From the NCBI GenBank assembly GCA_964016885.1, contig OZ024756.1, forward strand, positions 31,806,001-31,870,000: a stretch of DNA of 64,000 bases, written 5' to 3'. This document shows positions 29,150-44,159 of this stretch, one piece after another. The stretch is from Eledone cirrhosa (taxonomy: Eukaryota). Each line of letters opens with the position of its first letter. Within the stretch, counting starts at the first letter, position 1. Under the pieces are notes generated by a model, which saw nothing but the letters and a program-made list of their open reading frames with translations, had not been told where the DNA came from and searched no databases. A program made the position numbers and the translations under genes.

Positions 29150-29580
29150 CAACATTTGAAAGCTACAACACAGCAACCTTTCAGAGCTACTGAGCAGCAA
29201 CATTTCAAAGCTACCAAGTGGCAACATTTCAGAGCAACTGAGTGGCAACATTTCAAAGTTAGAGTAGCAACATTTCAAATCTAGAGAGCGGCAGCATTTC
29301 AAAGCAACTGAGTGGCAAGATATTTCAAAGTTACTGCACGACAACTTATTAATGCTACTGAGTAGCAACTTTTCAGAGCAACTGAATAGCAACTTTTTAA
29401 TGCTGTTGAGTGGTAACATTTCAAAGCTACTAAGCGGCATGCTTATTTTTGATTTACGAGAAATTTTAAAACTGGTGAGAGGCAACATTTCAAAGCTACT
29501 GCGCGCCAACATATTGATTTACATGACGACTTTTTGATCTGGACAGCAATATTTGAAATCAACTGAGCTGCGACATTTTG
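29150..29580. repeat. Degenerate ~24-bp minisatellite (gcaacatttcaaagctactgagtg)
   Basis: More than a dozen diverged units, head to tail, no spacers. Confidence 0.9.
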
Positions 29581-30214
29581 ATGTACGCAACACGAATATA
29601 GCAACCACGTGACCACTGCAGTGTGCAGTCACGCAGCTTAAGGCAACATAGGGTCCAACATATATTGATTTCGTTTTTGTGCTGTATTCAGCATATCTTT
29701 AGCTCTCTTTTATAACACTAAATCCCCAAAACTTTATATATGTATATTATTTTTATTGTCTTATAAAGAGAATAGCGTATATATTTGATTTATATTCGAT
29801 ATATATATATATAAATACAAACAAACACACCGACACTCACACATGTATATGTTTATATATATACATACATATTACATAAATAAATACATATAAACACACA
29901 CACACATATATATATATATATATGATATATTGCAATTGGAAATATCAAAATGTACAGCAATTTCCACATGGGCATTTTGCTTATTGGATTTTCTCAAATG
30001 CAGTTTAAAGAGATAACAGCAGACTTTGGTATTTCATTCCTCCGTTTTATCTTCTTGTTTTCATTACATTGACTTGGCAGCCATCAAATTGACTTTGCTG
30101 TCATCACATTGAATTTGATGTCATCACATTGATTTGTATAACAATACTTTCAAGTTAGTAAAACTCTTTCACCACTTTGACAGTTTGATTATCTATTATT
30201 ATAGCATCAGTAAA

Positions 30215-30850
30215 GGGCGGTGTTTTGGAAGAATCGGTAGAGCGTCGGGCAATATGCTTAGTGACATAGAGTTATGGCCCATTACATTCTGAGTTCAAAT
30301 CCCGCCGAGGTTAGCTTTATCTTTCATCCTTACGGGGTCGATAAAAATAAAGTACCATTCACGTACTGGGGTCGATTAAATCGACTTTTCCCTCCCCCCC
30401 AAATTGCTGGCCTTGTCCCTACATAAGAGCCCATTATTATAGGATCAATGAGGGCGGTGATTTGGCAGAATCGGTAGAGCGCCGACAGCATGCTTAGTGA
30501 CATAGAGTTATGGCCCGTTATGTTCTGAGTTGAAATCGAGTCGAGGTTAGATTTGCCTTTCATCCTTACGGGGGTAGATTGAGGATCCAGCCGGATGTAT
30601 TGGAAACGGTTGATTCTGACAAGACCCTTGGATGAAGAAGAAGAAGGAGAAGGAAAAGAAGGATAATAATAATAATTGTTTCTACTTTTGGCACACGGCC
30701 AGCAATTATCCAGTACATTACTGGTACTTTATTTTATCGATCCCGTAAGGATGAAAGGCAAATTAACCTCGGAGGAATTTGAATTAGATCGTAAAGAGAC
30801 GGAACTCTTTGCATCAAAGCATGGCGTCCAACCCTCTACTGATACTGCGA
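30215..30850. mobile_element. Cluster of SINE family A copies (30215-30440 +, 30452-30580 +, 30674-30850 -)
   Basis: ggcggtg...gaatcggtagagcg heads and tttcatccttacggggt body. Confidence 0.88.
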
Positions 30851-30869
30851 ATAATAATAATAATAATAA

Positions 30870-31330
30870 TTTGATTTAATCCCATTATTTGGGCCACAAA
30901 TTTGAATGTCATATATTTGTGCACTAACAGTGCATTAAATTCTCTGATGATTCTTCACCAATTTCCCTAAGTCCAGATTCTATTATTATGTCATCTATTG
31001 CAGGACTTGAGTCTTGTGTCTTGTGTCTTGTGTTTTGCGCCTTGTGTTTACTTTTTTGGAGTTTTTCAAATATTCAAAACATTTTTTTTTATTGTATTTA
31101 CTTTACACATTATTGTTTGTGCAGATTCTGCCCCTTCTGTCAAACAATAAGTTTTTTTTACTTTGATCCTTTTGATGATTACTTTGTTTTATTAACATCC
31201 GTTTTCTTCTTATATAACCCGTAGCAGCGTTCTTTCTATCAATTCTTTGAATCTTTCCTTTCATAAGGCATAATATCATCTTTTCATTGATAACACAATT
31301 GCTCTAGGTTTAAATATTCTTGTTACTAGT
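30870..31330 (-). pseudogene. Highly degraded RTE-clade LINE, N-terminal RT region
   Basis: Minus-strand translation SPAIDDIIIES...EIGEES...CTNI*HSNLWPK resembles the RTE SPGxDxIxxE...GExx...LCxxIW...WPxxW motif. Confidence 0.55.
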
Positions 31331-31509
31331 TACACTGCTTTCTAAATATCCTTAGTTGTGAAAGTATGTTTAGAAAACAGCGAGTATAATTTGAAAATTG
31401 ACTTAGAAATATAAGGCTTTGTCGTAACATTTTAACTAAATAACATAGCCTTAATAACTGGAGGCATGCTGACACCCATCTTTTCTCGCCTAGTGGGTTT
31501 ATATGCTCG

Positions 31510-31892
31510 GGAGATTGGCAATATCGGTTGAGCGTCATACACCATGTTTTGCAGCATAGAGTTATGGCCCTTTACGCCCTGAGTTCAAATTCCACCGAGG
31601 TTAACTTTGCCTTTCATCCTTACAGAGGTCGATAAAATAAAGTACCAGTAATGCATTGGTGTAATTGCTGGCCTTGTGCCAAAAGTATAAACAATTATTA
31701 AAACTATGTCGAGGGCCGTGGATTGGAAGTATTGGTAGAGCATTGGACAACATGTTTTGCTCACTGAGGTTAGCTTTGCCTTTCATCCTTACGGGATCGA
31801 TAAAATAAAGTACCACGAATGCACTGGGGCGATTTAATCGACTTCCCCCTTCCCACAAAATTGTTGGGCTTGTGCCTAAATCAGAAACCATT
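31510..31892 (+). mobile_element. Two SINE family A copies (31510-31700, 31713-31892)
   Basis: Family A head and body motifs. Confidence 0.85.
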
Positions 31893-32091
31893 ATTAAGAC
31901 TATGTTATTTAGACAAATGTTACGGGGAAGCTTTATACTTCTGCCTCAATTTTCATCCTTAGTAGTAGTATAGTTAACACGAAGCTTTGTGAGATTTGTA
32001 ATATATTACTGATAAATAATGTCTCTTATTTATTTTACTTTTAGGTTCATGACAATTTTGGTTGATATTTTTTCTTACATATTTGAATTTG

Positions 32092-32415
32092 AAGGTTCAT
32101 GGCTTACTGGTTAGAGCATTGGGCTTGCAAACGGGAGGTTGTAAGTTCGATTCTTGGACCGGGTGATGCGTTGTGTCCTTGAGCAAGACACTTTATTTTC
32201 ACGTTGCTCCAGTTTACTCTGCTGTAGAAATGAGTTGTGACGTGACTGGTGTCAAGCTATATCAACCATTGCCTTTCCCTTCGACATCATTGGTGGCGTG
32301 GAGAGGGGAGGCTGGTATGCATGGGCGACTGCTGGTCTTCCACAAACAACCTTGCCCGGACTTATGCCTCAGAGGGAAACCTTCCAGCTGCAAATCCCGT
32401 GGTCATTCGTGACCT
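32092..32415 (+). mobile_element. SINE family B, near full length
   Basis: tggcttactggttagagc A-box, agttcgattc B-box, ccttgagcaagacactttattttcacgttgctccag body and GC-rich tail. Confidence 0.88.
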
Positions 32416-33419
32416 TACATATCGAATGTCATGTCTTTACATCGAAATGATTTCATATTACTAGGTTCAACACACACTAGCTGACCCCGTGGAAATTCTA
32501 TACCTTAATTAGAAGCAACTCTAAAGTATTAAAAATCAATATGACATTTTAAATATTCTATTTTTAAGTTATGTATATATATATATATATACACACAAAA
32601 ATAGTGAGATAATATAATCCTCCGGAATAAAAATAACAATATATTTTGGTGTTGCCGTTAAAACCATCACCACCACTACCCCCGCCACTACCACTTTCTC
32701 TCTCTCTGACATATATATATATACGCACACGCACTTAGCTTACCACTTCCATAAAGACTTATTACTTAGAACGTGACCTGAAAAAAGTTGCCGCTACTCT
32801 CTCTTTTCTCTCCCTCATACACACACACACACTTACATTCATATCTCACTCTTTCCAGACAGACATTTTACACGAAATATACAAAGGCTTTAATATAATA
32901 GCTTCTTCAGTTTTATCTTGTCTCGTCTGCTATTCACTTTAATCATTTTCTTTTTCTATTTCTGTGGAAATGTCTTTTTCTGTTACTTCACTAAACTACA
33001 TTTCCACATTTTTCTGGATGTCTTTTTTTCATCACATTAACGAGGTTGTTTAAATCGGTTTTCCTTTCTTTTTCTTTTTTGGTATTTGTTTCAACATTAT
33101 ATTAATTTGTAATGTTTGCAAGATCGTATCATCTCGATGTTTGAGTCTTCTATTTTTTTTTTCGTTATATTATTTGTATTGCTATTAAGACGTAATTTAA
33201 CTTTTCTAACAATAAGTTGACGGTCTTTCTTGCAATGAACGCCTAGATATTTTTCTAACTTCTCTTAACAGTAATTTTCAATTAATGTCGTACTATAAAT
33301 AAATTAAGGTACATGGGAATATTACGATCAAGAGATGAGGAGAAATACATGTGTTACGTTGTGTATAATGTTGATTAAAGCAAGTATTAAAAATACAAAT
33401 TTTTATTTGATTCACATAA

Positions 33420-33930
33420 TTCAACTAAATGTTCTCCTTGATTACTAATGCCTCAACCGAAATTATCCACAGCTACTGATTTTCTTGTTAGTTTACCCCC
33501 ACCTCAGCATTTACATCTCCAATCAAAATGGGGACATCTTTAGTAGGTGATTCATCGATTTTTTTGTTGGAATTGTATCATCATTCATGGCTGTAGTTAA
33601 CGCATTAAACTGTATGGCTGTAAACGCTAAATGGTTTTCGTCTAAGTCTGATCTTTATAATTCGATCATTAACTGGTTTATATCTAAACAATGACTTTGT
33701 GGCAGTTCTATTCAAGACAATGCCAGCACCATGACTATAGCTACTATCATTTCCTGAGACAATTACAATTTTATCATTGTCTGTTGTAAAACAGCCATTT
33801 CCCGGCCATCTTGTAACTGAAAGTCCAACTAAAGCTATTCCACATCCGTCCATTTCATTGCATATTTGTTAGTTTATCAACTTCACATAAACCTCTTACG
33901 TTCCATATCTAAGGTTGTTCTTGAAACTTA
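33420..33930 (-). pseudogene. Degraded RTE-clade LINE APE endonuclease
   Basis: IWNVRG at ~33895, ORF GLSVTRWPGNG...SG...GAGIVL...PVNDRIIKIRL, and ILIGDVNAEVG at ~33500: APE motifs in the expected order. Confidence 0.85.
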
Positions 33931-34064
33931 GATCGACTACATTAGGAAAGGAAGAGATGCTTAACGCCATCCCAACCCCGTGAGGTTTCGCTTGTATCGT
34001 TAATGGAGGCTACAAATTCCCTATATCTTTCTCGATTTCTGTTGCCTCATTTCATACCTAGTAG

Positions 34065-34154
<90 letters not shown>

Positions 34155-34155
34155 C

Positions 34156-34552
34156 CCCTTCTTTAAATACCACTTCAGAAGGAAGGTGAGAGTGGAGAGA
34201 GAGAGGTGCTTCACCCCAGTAAATTCGCTGAAAGGTGGGTGAATATGGCGAAAATTGTCCGATTGAATATGCCTTCTCTGTATATAAGCCTGTAGCTTGA
34301 GGAAGACAAAAATGGGAACGTGGGAACACCTACAAAACGTGCTCCTGGTGTTGAGGGTTGTTCTATCTACGGGCTGTAAAACAACCCCGCAGTAACGTTC
34401 CCCCTATTGGGGATTTCTATTGTTAGTTTATTTTAATATATAGTTTATTGTAATTTATTAATGTTGAAGTTTATACGATTTTTATGTAAAACCCCCGCTG
34501 TCACGTCTTGTAATGTCCTATTCCGTGTACGCCCTTGTGGCAAATAAAGAAA
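34156..34552 (+). mobile_element. Short 5'-truncated Tx1/L1 LINE, same family as 16224-17190
   Basis: FFKYHFRRKVRVERE / VLHPSKFAERWV matches FFKYHFGRRIRMEREVLYPSKFYERWV; ends ccttgtggcaaataaagaaa; preceded by (TATC)n. Confidence 0.85.
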
Positions 34553-35150
34553 TATATTTATCTGACTGTCTGTCCGTCAATCTACCTGTCTATTTGTTAT
34601 CTGTCTATCATTACAGCTAGGTAACCAAATAACCAACCAAACAAACAACTATTCAGCCAAAAAATAAACAAACTACATAAAAAAACCCAACAAACCAACC
34701 AACCGACCAACCGACCAACCAACCAACCAACCAACCAACCAACCAACCAACCAACCAACCAACCAACCAGCCATCTAGCGACCCAGCCATAAAGCAAATT
34801 AAAAAACCAGCCAAACTATCCATCAATCAGTCCAGCTGTCAGCAACCAGCTAGCAAGGGAGGCAATCAACTATTCTCCATATATACATTGCAGCTAGTAA
34901 TGTCATATAACTGACGATACAATGCGAATAGGAATATAATTATGAAACTAAAGTAGAGTTTAGTACGAATGACAAAACAATACAAGTGTTTACCTTATAT
35001 TTCGTAATATTTCGGGGCTAGAATCTCTTTATCAAAAGAAAAAAAAAGAAATCATAAGAATTTTGTTGTTACGTGTTATTCTTTGTGGTGTAAATATGAG
35101 GGAGTGAAAATCAGTGGAAATGTTTCATTAAAGGTTTAAAGTAGTTAATC

Positions 35151-35210
35151 AGTTCATTGTTTTACGATCGTGACAACCAGCCATCTGAAACGATCGTAAA
35201 ACAATGAACT
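35151..35210. repeat. 21-bp inverted repeat carrying the 3' half of a hammerhead
   Basis: agttcattgttttacgatcgt / acgatcgtaaaacaatgaact; the right arm overlaps GAAA-cgatcg-TA. Confidence 0.7.
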
Positions 35211-35360
35211 AATTTATATTCCATATACGCATTCTACCGGGATTTCTCGATACATTCGTAATTTCATATTTCACAATACTTCACATAAATTACATTTATA
35301 TATTTACATATTTATTTTAATTACACAAAAAAAAAATTGCATCATATAATCTTAACCACT

Positions 35361-35445
<85 letters not shown>

Positions 35446-35962
35446 ACTCACTCACTCTGTCTCTCTCTGCCTCTCTCTTTCCTCCTTTTCCTGTCTTTCT
35501 CTACACCTATTTCTCTTTTTCCTCACTATCTGTCTGTCTGCTTGTTTCACCCCCCCCCCCTCACTCTGTGTGTGTATATGCGTATATTTATATATGTATG
35601 TGTGTATATGTATGTATTTATATGTGTTTGTCAGTAAAACAGCTCAATGCAGCCACTGGCTCTATAGGTATGTGTCTTTATGTATGTGTCTGTATATGTA
35701 TATATGCATGTGGGTCTATGCGTATGTGTTTGAGTATGTGTGTGTTTATTTCTGTATGTGTTTACGCATGTGTGCCTGTAAAATAGTCTAGTGCTGGCAT
35801 TGGCTGTGTATGTGTCTGAACCTTTGTCTATGTGTTTATATGCATATACATAAGTGTGTGTGTGTATGATTATATATATATATATATAGTAATAATATAT
35901 CCATTAAGGGTGAAAGCAGCGATTCTTTGCTTTAACTTTAATCTGTTATTTTAATAAATAAA

Positions 35963-36052
<90 letters not shown>

Positions 36053-36127
36053 TTTATTTATTAAAATAACAGATTAAAGTTAAAGCAAAGAATATATATA
36101 TATAAATATATATATATATCTATATTA

Positions 36128-36171
<44 letters not shown>

Positions 36172-36313
36172 TAATATAGATATATATATATATATTTATA
36201 TATATATACAGTCAAGTGCTTGCATTGAATGTATATGTATCTGAACCTTTATGTATGTGTTTATATGCATATACATAGGTGTGTGTCTGTGTGATTACAT
36301 ATATATATATGTG

Positions 36314-36383
<70 letters not shown>

Positions 36384-36912
36384 ATGTATATGTGTATGTA
36401 TGTATACATACAAGAACACACACACATATATACATACACACACACTCACACACGCACACACACGCACATATATATATATATAAATGTATATATATATATA
36501 CATATATACATACATTTATATATACATTTATATATATATATCTATATATATATATATACATATTTACTATGTATCCGTCTGTTTGTATTTGTGCTACTAC
36601 TACAGCTTAGTGAGTTTGCCGTGTGTGTATCTGTCAATTAAGCCGAGCACTTCTATGTCCTCCTGAAAACCTAATTAACTTTTACGTGAATTGGCATAAT
36701 TAAATTTTGATATGTTGCTTCTAGTTAACACTTTGAGTAAGCGACACTGTCTCTATAATATGGCACCCATGTACAATATTTCTAGTTACTGGCCTAGTAC
36801 CTACTGTACATTTCATTGGGCACTGGAATAGCTCAGTAGTGAAGGAAGGTGTACTCTTTACAAGCACGTATACATGCTTCCGCTGACGATGTTCTTGTCC
36901 TTGCCCTCCCCC

Positions 36913-36965
<53 letters not shown>

Positions 36966-36980
36966 CATATATGTATATAC

Positions 36981-37041
<61 letters not shown>

Positions 37042-37050
37042 TGTATATAC

Positions 37051-37113
<63 letters not shown>

Positions 37114-37124
37114 CACACACACAT

Positions 37125-37191
<67 letters not shown>

Positions 37192-37334
37192 TTTTGAGTA
37201 TATGTTGGTTGTTTACCGACACCTAAGTATGCAGATTGGAGCACTCGACGATGTGCGCAGGTTGGTTTGGTTACTCCGGAGTAATGTAAAATAAAATAAA
37301 TAAGTCAAACGTTTAAAATTTGGCTTCGTTTATT

Positions 37335-37389
37335 ACTGCTATATATATTTCGGTGACAGCTATCTTTGGCTGTGACCTCTTCAGGCAGT
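37335..37389 (-). ncRNA. Intact-looking minimal type I hammerhead ribozyme (family H3)
   Basis: Minus strand: actgc-CTGAAGA-ggtcacagc-caaagata-gctgtcacc-GAAA-tatata-TA-gcagt. Confidence 0.85.
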
Positions 37390-37570
37390 CCGAATTAGTG
37401 TGGTAGAGACGAGTACACATGTTGTTGAGTTGTTTAACTTTGTCAATACTCTGATATGCCCAGTTCCTCAGTGAATTAACAACCCAACCAGGAACTGGGC
37501 ATATCAGAGATTTGACAAAGTTAAACACCTCATCAACATGTGTACTCGTCTCTACCACACTAATTCGGAC
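37388..37570. repeat. ~80-bp imperfect inverted repeat adjoining the hammerhead
   Basis: Arms 37388-37468 and 37490-37570 (gtccgaattagtgtggtagagacgagtacacatgttg / caacatgtgtactcgtctctaccacactaattcggac). Confidence 0.9.
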
Positions 37571-38016
37571 ATATATATATATGCATGTGCGTTCGAAGAT
37601 GGCTGCGTTTTCACGTGCCCTACTATGTGCAAGTCTAAATATACATTTCCATTTCCTCGCAAGGGCGGCTATTCAACCAACTCTTTGGAACAACCACTTT
37701 TGGCACTCATCCGTATTTCGAGGTGTGAAAACAATACAATTAGGCTATATTACATTGTGTAGCTGTCCATTCAGTGTACTCTACATGGTATCAATAATAT
37801 AAGAGAAAATAACAACAGGGGAGATAAATATGAAGGGCATTACATAATAAAAGATTGCCAATGAGCTGATTACCTGAGAGATTGATTTAAAGTTATGGTT
37901 TTCTAGTGCATTCTCATGTTTCCAGGGGTTTTATTTATATGTATCATATTAGTTATTCCGAATCCTTTTAACTGAACACTATATCCATATAATATATATG
38001 TATATATATATATATC

Positions 38017-38060
<44 letters not shown>

Positions 38061-38132
38061 AGTATGTCCATAGAATCATTTGATAAAATATATATTATAT
38101 ATATATATATATATATTTATATATTTATATAT

Positions 38133-38199
<67 letters not shown>

Positions 38200-38402
38200 A
38201 TATATAAATATAAATGTGTATATAAATGAATATATGAATATAGATATGTACACATATACAGATATTCGGTTATTCTTATACTATATAAGAATAACCCTAT
38301 ACACACACACCCACACACATATATATATATATGTTTGTGTATATATATATATATATATATCATAATAATGGACGATTTTGTTAAGCCTTCATTACACTCC
38401 CT

Positions 38403-38464
<62 letters not shown>

Positions 38465-38958
38465 ACACACACGCACATAGGAGTACACGTACACTCTCGT
38501 ACACACACGTACCTACGTGCACACACCTATACAAAAATGATGTTTCATTAGGCGTTATTCTATTCTATACATAAACGAATATGCGGAAAATATTTTGTAC
38601 AGGGAACAAAGAAGCAAAAAACCGTTACCATACGATAGTCCAATAGCAACGTTAATGCTTAAATGTCATGAAATTTTGATATAAATTCCAGATATATAAT
38701 ACAGATCTTTCTCTTTATTATATTACCATTCATATTTTTACGTATCGGGATATTTTATCTTCGATATATTTTGGATGTTTTTGTGATAGTTATTTTTTCT
38801 ATCATTTTATATAAATATCCAACAGAAAATGACTCAAGATTACTTAAAATAAATTACTTGTGATGTATCGATTTCTCCTATTATGCATTTTTAGTTTTAT
38901 TGCATTGTTGTATTAAAGTTTCGATATATATGTACAGTTGTGCATATATGTATATATG

Positions 38959-38992
<34 letters not shown>

Positions 38993-39000
38993 CATATATT

Positions 39001-39045
<45 letters not shown>

Positions 39046-39117
39046 ATATACATATATATACATATATTTGTATATATTTAATTCATATATATCATAATAT
39101 ATTATATATTTATATTT

Positions 39118-39238
<121 letters not shown>

Positions 39239-39244
39239 GCACTT

Positions 39245-39296
<52 letters not shown>

Positions 39297-39539
39297 GTGT
39301 GTGTGTATGTATATGTGTATATACATATATATGAATATATATACTGTATATATATATAGTATATATATATATGTATATATATATATTTATATATATATTT
39401 ATATATTCATATATGCCACCTGCGATTCCATTTCTACTTTATCTGCCATCTCGAAGTGATACTACTTCAATTTCAAATTCATTTTAGGAAACGCAAGTAC
39501 ACGAAACGCAAGAGAGGCGAGTATGGATGGCCATACTAT

Positions 39540-39825
39540 AAAGTTTAACTGGCAGACAGCGTAACTGATTCCAAAGGCTGATAGATTGATCGATCGTTCG
39601 GCAATGGATGAGTACACTGTTTTTATTCTCATGTTTTTATTCTCATTCTTATTACATTTGCTGGTGCCTTATTAGTGATTGGTCGACTTGAACGCTCCAT
39701 GGACCGGATCTGCAACACACGTTCCACATGAAATACTGTACTCCAGGCTCACGTTAGAAGATGTTTCAAGTTTCCGGTAAAACCTGATACAGGAACTTTG
39801 CTCGAATTCTTTAGCCATTGTAAAA
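39540..39825 (-). pseudogene. Degraded mariner transposase N-terminus
   Basis: Minus strand MAKEFEQSSCIRFYRKL and ERSSRPITNK...NVIRMR resemble mariner EQRxCIKFxxKL and RSGRP motifs. Confidence 0.55.
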
Positions 39826-39952
39826 AAAAATATGACACTGAGCTATGAACAGTCACTTGCACGTAATTTTGACAAGCTGTACCGTTGGTATCACATCTGG
39901 AACAAACTTCGTCGGAACCTATGGAAGCCTAACCACGAACGCGCGCACACAC

Positions 39953-40070
<118 letters not shown>

Positions 40071-40626
40071 ACACACACACACGTATGTATGTATATACAC
40101 TTTATTATAACACTGAGTTCCTTAATCAGTGAAATAATTATCTATTAGTTCAACAATCTATAAATAAAGCTATATTTGTGGACACACACACACCCACACT
40201 CACACACCCACACTCACACACATATATATACATATATATATACATATATACATACATGGCACACATATATACGTATACACATTCATACACATCGGAACAG
40301 GCACACAATCATACAGACATATAAAATGATAATACACCCAGACACACGAAATGTATATATGTATATATACACCACTTAAACACACGTATACACACAGAAG
40401 AATTACATAGAACACATGTGACCCATTTTTCAACCTCTTTTCTCTCCGCAATTTACTTTTTCCCCATGAAAGACTAACGTGTAACACGTTCAGAGAGATT
40501 TTTTTTTCCCTTCTATAAACTGTGTAAATAATATGTCTTGTTTTTCGTGCGTGTCTTCCTTTTAACTTAAACTATTACTCCCTCCCTCTGCCCCCTCTCT
40601 CACTCTCTCTATATATATATATATAC

Positions 40627-40681
<55 letters not shown>

Positions 40682-40757
40682 TAGAGATAGATAGATACAT
40701 AAATACACACACACATTTATACATATATGTATGTATCTAAACGGTATGTATCTAAAC

Positions 40758-40863
<106 letters not shown>

Positions 40864-41010
40864 TATACATATATATACATATATATAATCATTAATAAGA
40901 TACATATGTAATCCACAGGGTACACCCTAATTAGTCTTAAGGTATTTTTCTTTATAGAAACTCAACAAAGTTTCCTAGATTTACATTTTATCTGAATCTA
41001 CGAGAGAACC

Positions 41011-41097
<87 letters not shown>

Positions 41098-41122
41098 TAT
41101 AGAGAGAAAGGTAAGAAAATGG

Positions 41123-41154
<32 letters not shown>

Positions 41155-41989
41155 CACACACACACATACGCACACACACTCTCTCCCTCATACACACACA
41201 TACACACACACACGCACACACACACATATATATGCATAACGTTAAATCTAAAAAGAAAACCCGCCAGTATCTAATTAACACAGTAATTTCAGCTGTTATA
41301 AGAGTTAAACTGCAAATTAAGTAGCCATAAAAATATATAAGAATCACGGATCACGATTGCTATTTACTTAGAAATGTTCTGTGTAAATTTATTGATGTCT
41401 TATTGCATTTTATATAAAATTAGGTGAATTTTTATTTCAAAGTTTCTAATGACATGTTAACCTTTGAACTTAAATATTAAAAGAATTATCTTCAGTCCTC
41501 TACTTCCAACTTTGAATATGGTTTTCCTCATCTCTCCCTCTCCGCCCCTGTAATTAGACATTTCTTGTGGTATATGTTAGTGTATATACGAGACAATTAT
41601 TTATTGTAAGTCTCACTATATGGAATAAAACAAATAAAACAAAATTGAATATATATATATATAGGTTTATATACACATATACCTATATATATACATAAAT
41701 ATATAACAAAGGAATTGTGGTAAGGAACCAGATCGACCATAACATCCTTGATCAATTCTCTTTTGCTTTCTATACTTCTAGTAACTATATTTTTTCCTCA
41801 TCTGTTTCTCCCTGTCTTCTTTCTTTCTTCTTTCTTGAATAATTTAAATTATTTGAATCTCTAACAGTTATGTAAATTGCTATAATGTATTTTTAAGCTT
41901 TCTCACACGCACCCTCTGTATTATATGTAAATTTTTTCATGTCTCAATCTTAAGGTATATAAATATTGAGTCTTGTCATATCATTCACT

Positions 41990-42160
41990 ACCATGACTGA
42001 ATCGTATCCATCTACTATGTCAGGGTATGTCATGCATCATCTTATTTTATCTGATGAGGACGTACTGTTGAAAATAGCTCTGTACCTCTGAAATATGTAG
42101 AATAAAATATACTTGATCACACGAAGGTCTATTTTTGTTAATATTTTGAATTAATATTAA
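41990..42160 (+). mobile_element. Penelope-like pLTR remnant, family H1
   Basis: Matches the reverse complement of 165-315. Confidence 0.6.
42044..42108 (+). ncRNA. Degenerate minimal hammerhead (cleavage site UA changed to GA)
   Basis: attttat-CTGATGA-ggacgtac...gtacctct-GAAA-tatgta-GA-ataaaat. Confidence 0.6.
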
Positions 42161-42303
42161 TAACTCCGGAAAACCAATTTGTTGAGTGCTTCCAATCTAT
42201 TGTATAACTCATTCTTTGATTTATTTATTGAACCTTGTTTAACCTTTAAATATATATATATATATATAATATATTTCTGTGTATATACATATATATGTAT
42301 ATA

Positions 42304-42349
<46 letters not shown>

Positions 42350-42708
42350 TATGTATAGATATATACATACATATAGATACACACACACACACACGCACAC
42401 ATGCACACATCCGTGCACACAGTGACACGTAACAGAAATACCTAGGAGCGAAAAACACTTGTGCAATCATTTAGTTGTTTCCGATTCATGCGGCCATATT
42501 TCTTTTTTAAACCGAGCGCTATATTTTTATTTTATATTTGGCAGCCATTTTACTTGATCAAATAAATATCTATATTTGCTATTTCCTCTTTTATTTTCAC
42601 TCAAACATCTACCAAAATATCCTTTGCAAGATTTTCTTACGTTTTACGCCATTTCTTCTCATTTCAAACGCGTCCATAGTTTTCCAGGATGAATGTCCAC
42701 ACACACAT

Positions 42709-42825
<117 letters not shown>

Positions 42826-42864
42826 CATACACTCACAAACACACATGGTTATATATTTATATAC

Positions 42865-42909
<45 letters not shown>

Positions 42910-42962
42910 CATATATATATATATATACATATCTCTCTCTCACTCTCTCTCTCTCTCTCTCT

Positions 42963-43012
<50 letters not shown>

Positions 43013-43478
43013 GTATATGTATGTGTATATATATATATATGTAAATATATATATATATTCATACATGCATACAAACGCGTATTTTACACAAGCACATAAA
43101 CATATATTAATATATTTATTGCTGTTTCTATATTTCTATTTCTTCTAAGCGTTCATCATATATTAACGACACATTCTGACTTACTGTAATAACCAAGAGT
43201 CCCACCTGTACCCCCCCCCCCCACTCAATTGCTGTCGGGCGTTAAAACTAATTTATTTCTTCCAGGAGGAAGGAATATATTATACATGAATGTTTAGCGA
43301 ATGTTTACCGTTTGCGTGCATGTGCTTCTATGTACGCACTTTTTTTTATTTTATTAAAGCTAAAAAATATATATGCGTATAAGTAAAAAGATAAATAAAT
43401 ATATGTATATACATACATACATAAACATTATGTATATACGTATACACAGCAACACACGTACAAATGCACAAACGGAAC

Positions 43479-43543
<65 letters not shown>

Positions 43544-43655
43544 TAGATAGGTAGATAGGTAGCTAGAATGATAGTTAAGGAGATAGAGAATATATATGCA
43601 TATATATTACATACGAAATATTAGTAGTGAAATTAAGATAATGCATGCAGTATGA

Positions 43656-43760
<105 letters not shown>

Positions 43761-43918
43761 CATATATATGTATATATATTTATATATATATGTGTGTTTG
43801 TACTTAATCTTACTACCGACATCCTGTACATATGAGAATATTAAAAGCAAAAATTGACTGTGAAACACTTAGCACGTGTATATATATACGAACATATGAA
43901 TGTCTTTACTAGTTTTTG

Positions 43919-44007
<89 letters not shown>

Positions 44008-44059
44008 TATGAGAGACGTAAAATAAGAAAATTATAAAATTAACTTACTTACTAAAATT

Positions 44060-44111
<52 letters not shown>

Positions 44112-44116
44112 TTTAT

Positions 44117-44159
<43 letters not shown>

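Noticed and set aside
29150-29580. CRISPR-like periodicity (also 47960-48547 and 58105-58841)
   Set aside because: Head-to-tail repeats without unique spacers, no cas genes, eukaryotic context.
25301-32200. tRNA-like A/B-box sequences as tRNA genes (25301, 25990, 27408, 32092)
   Set aside because: No complete cloverleaf; they continue into SINE bodies or are degenerate heads.
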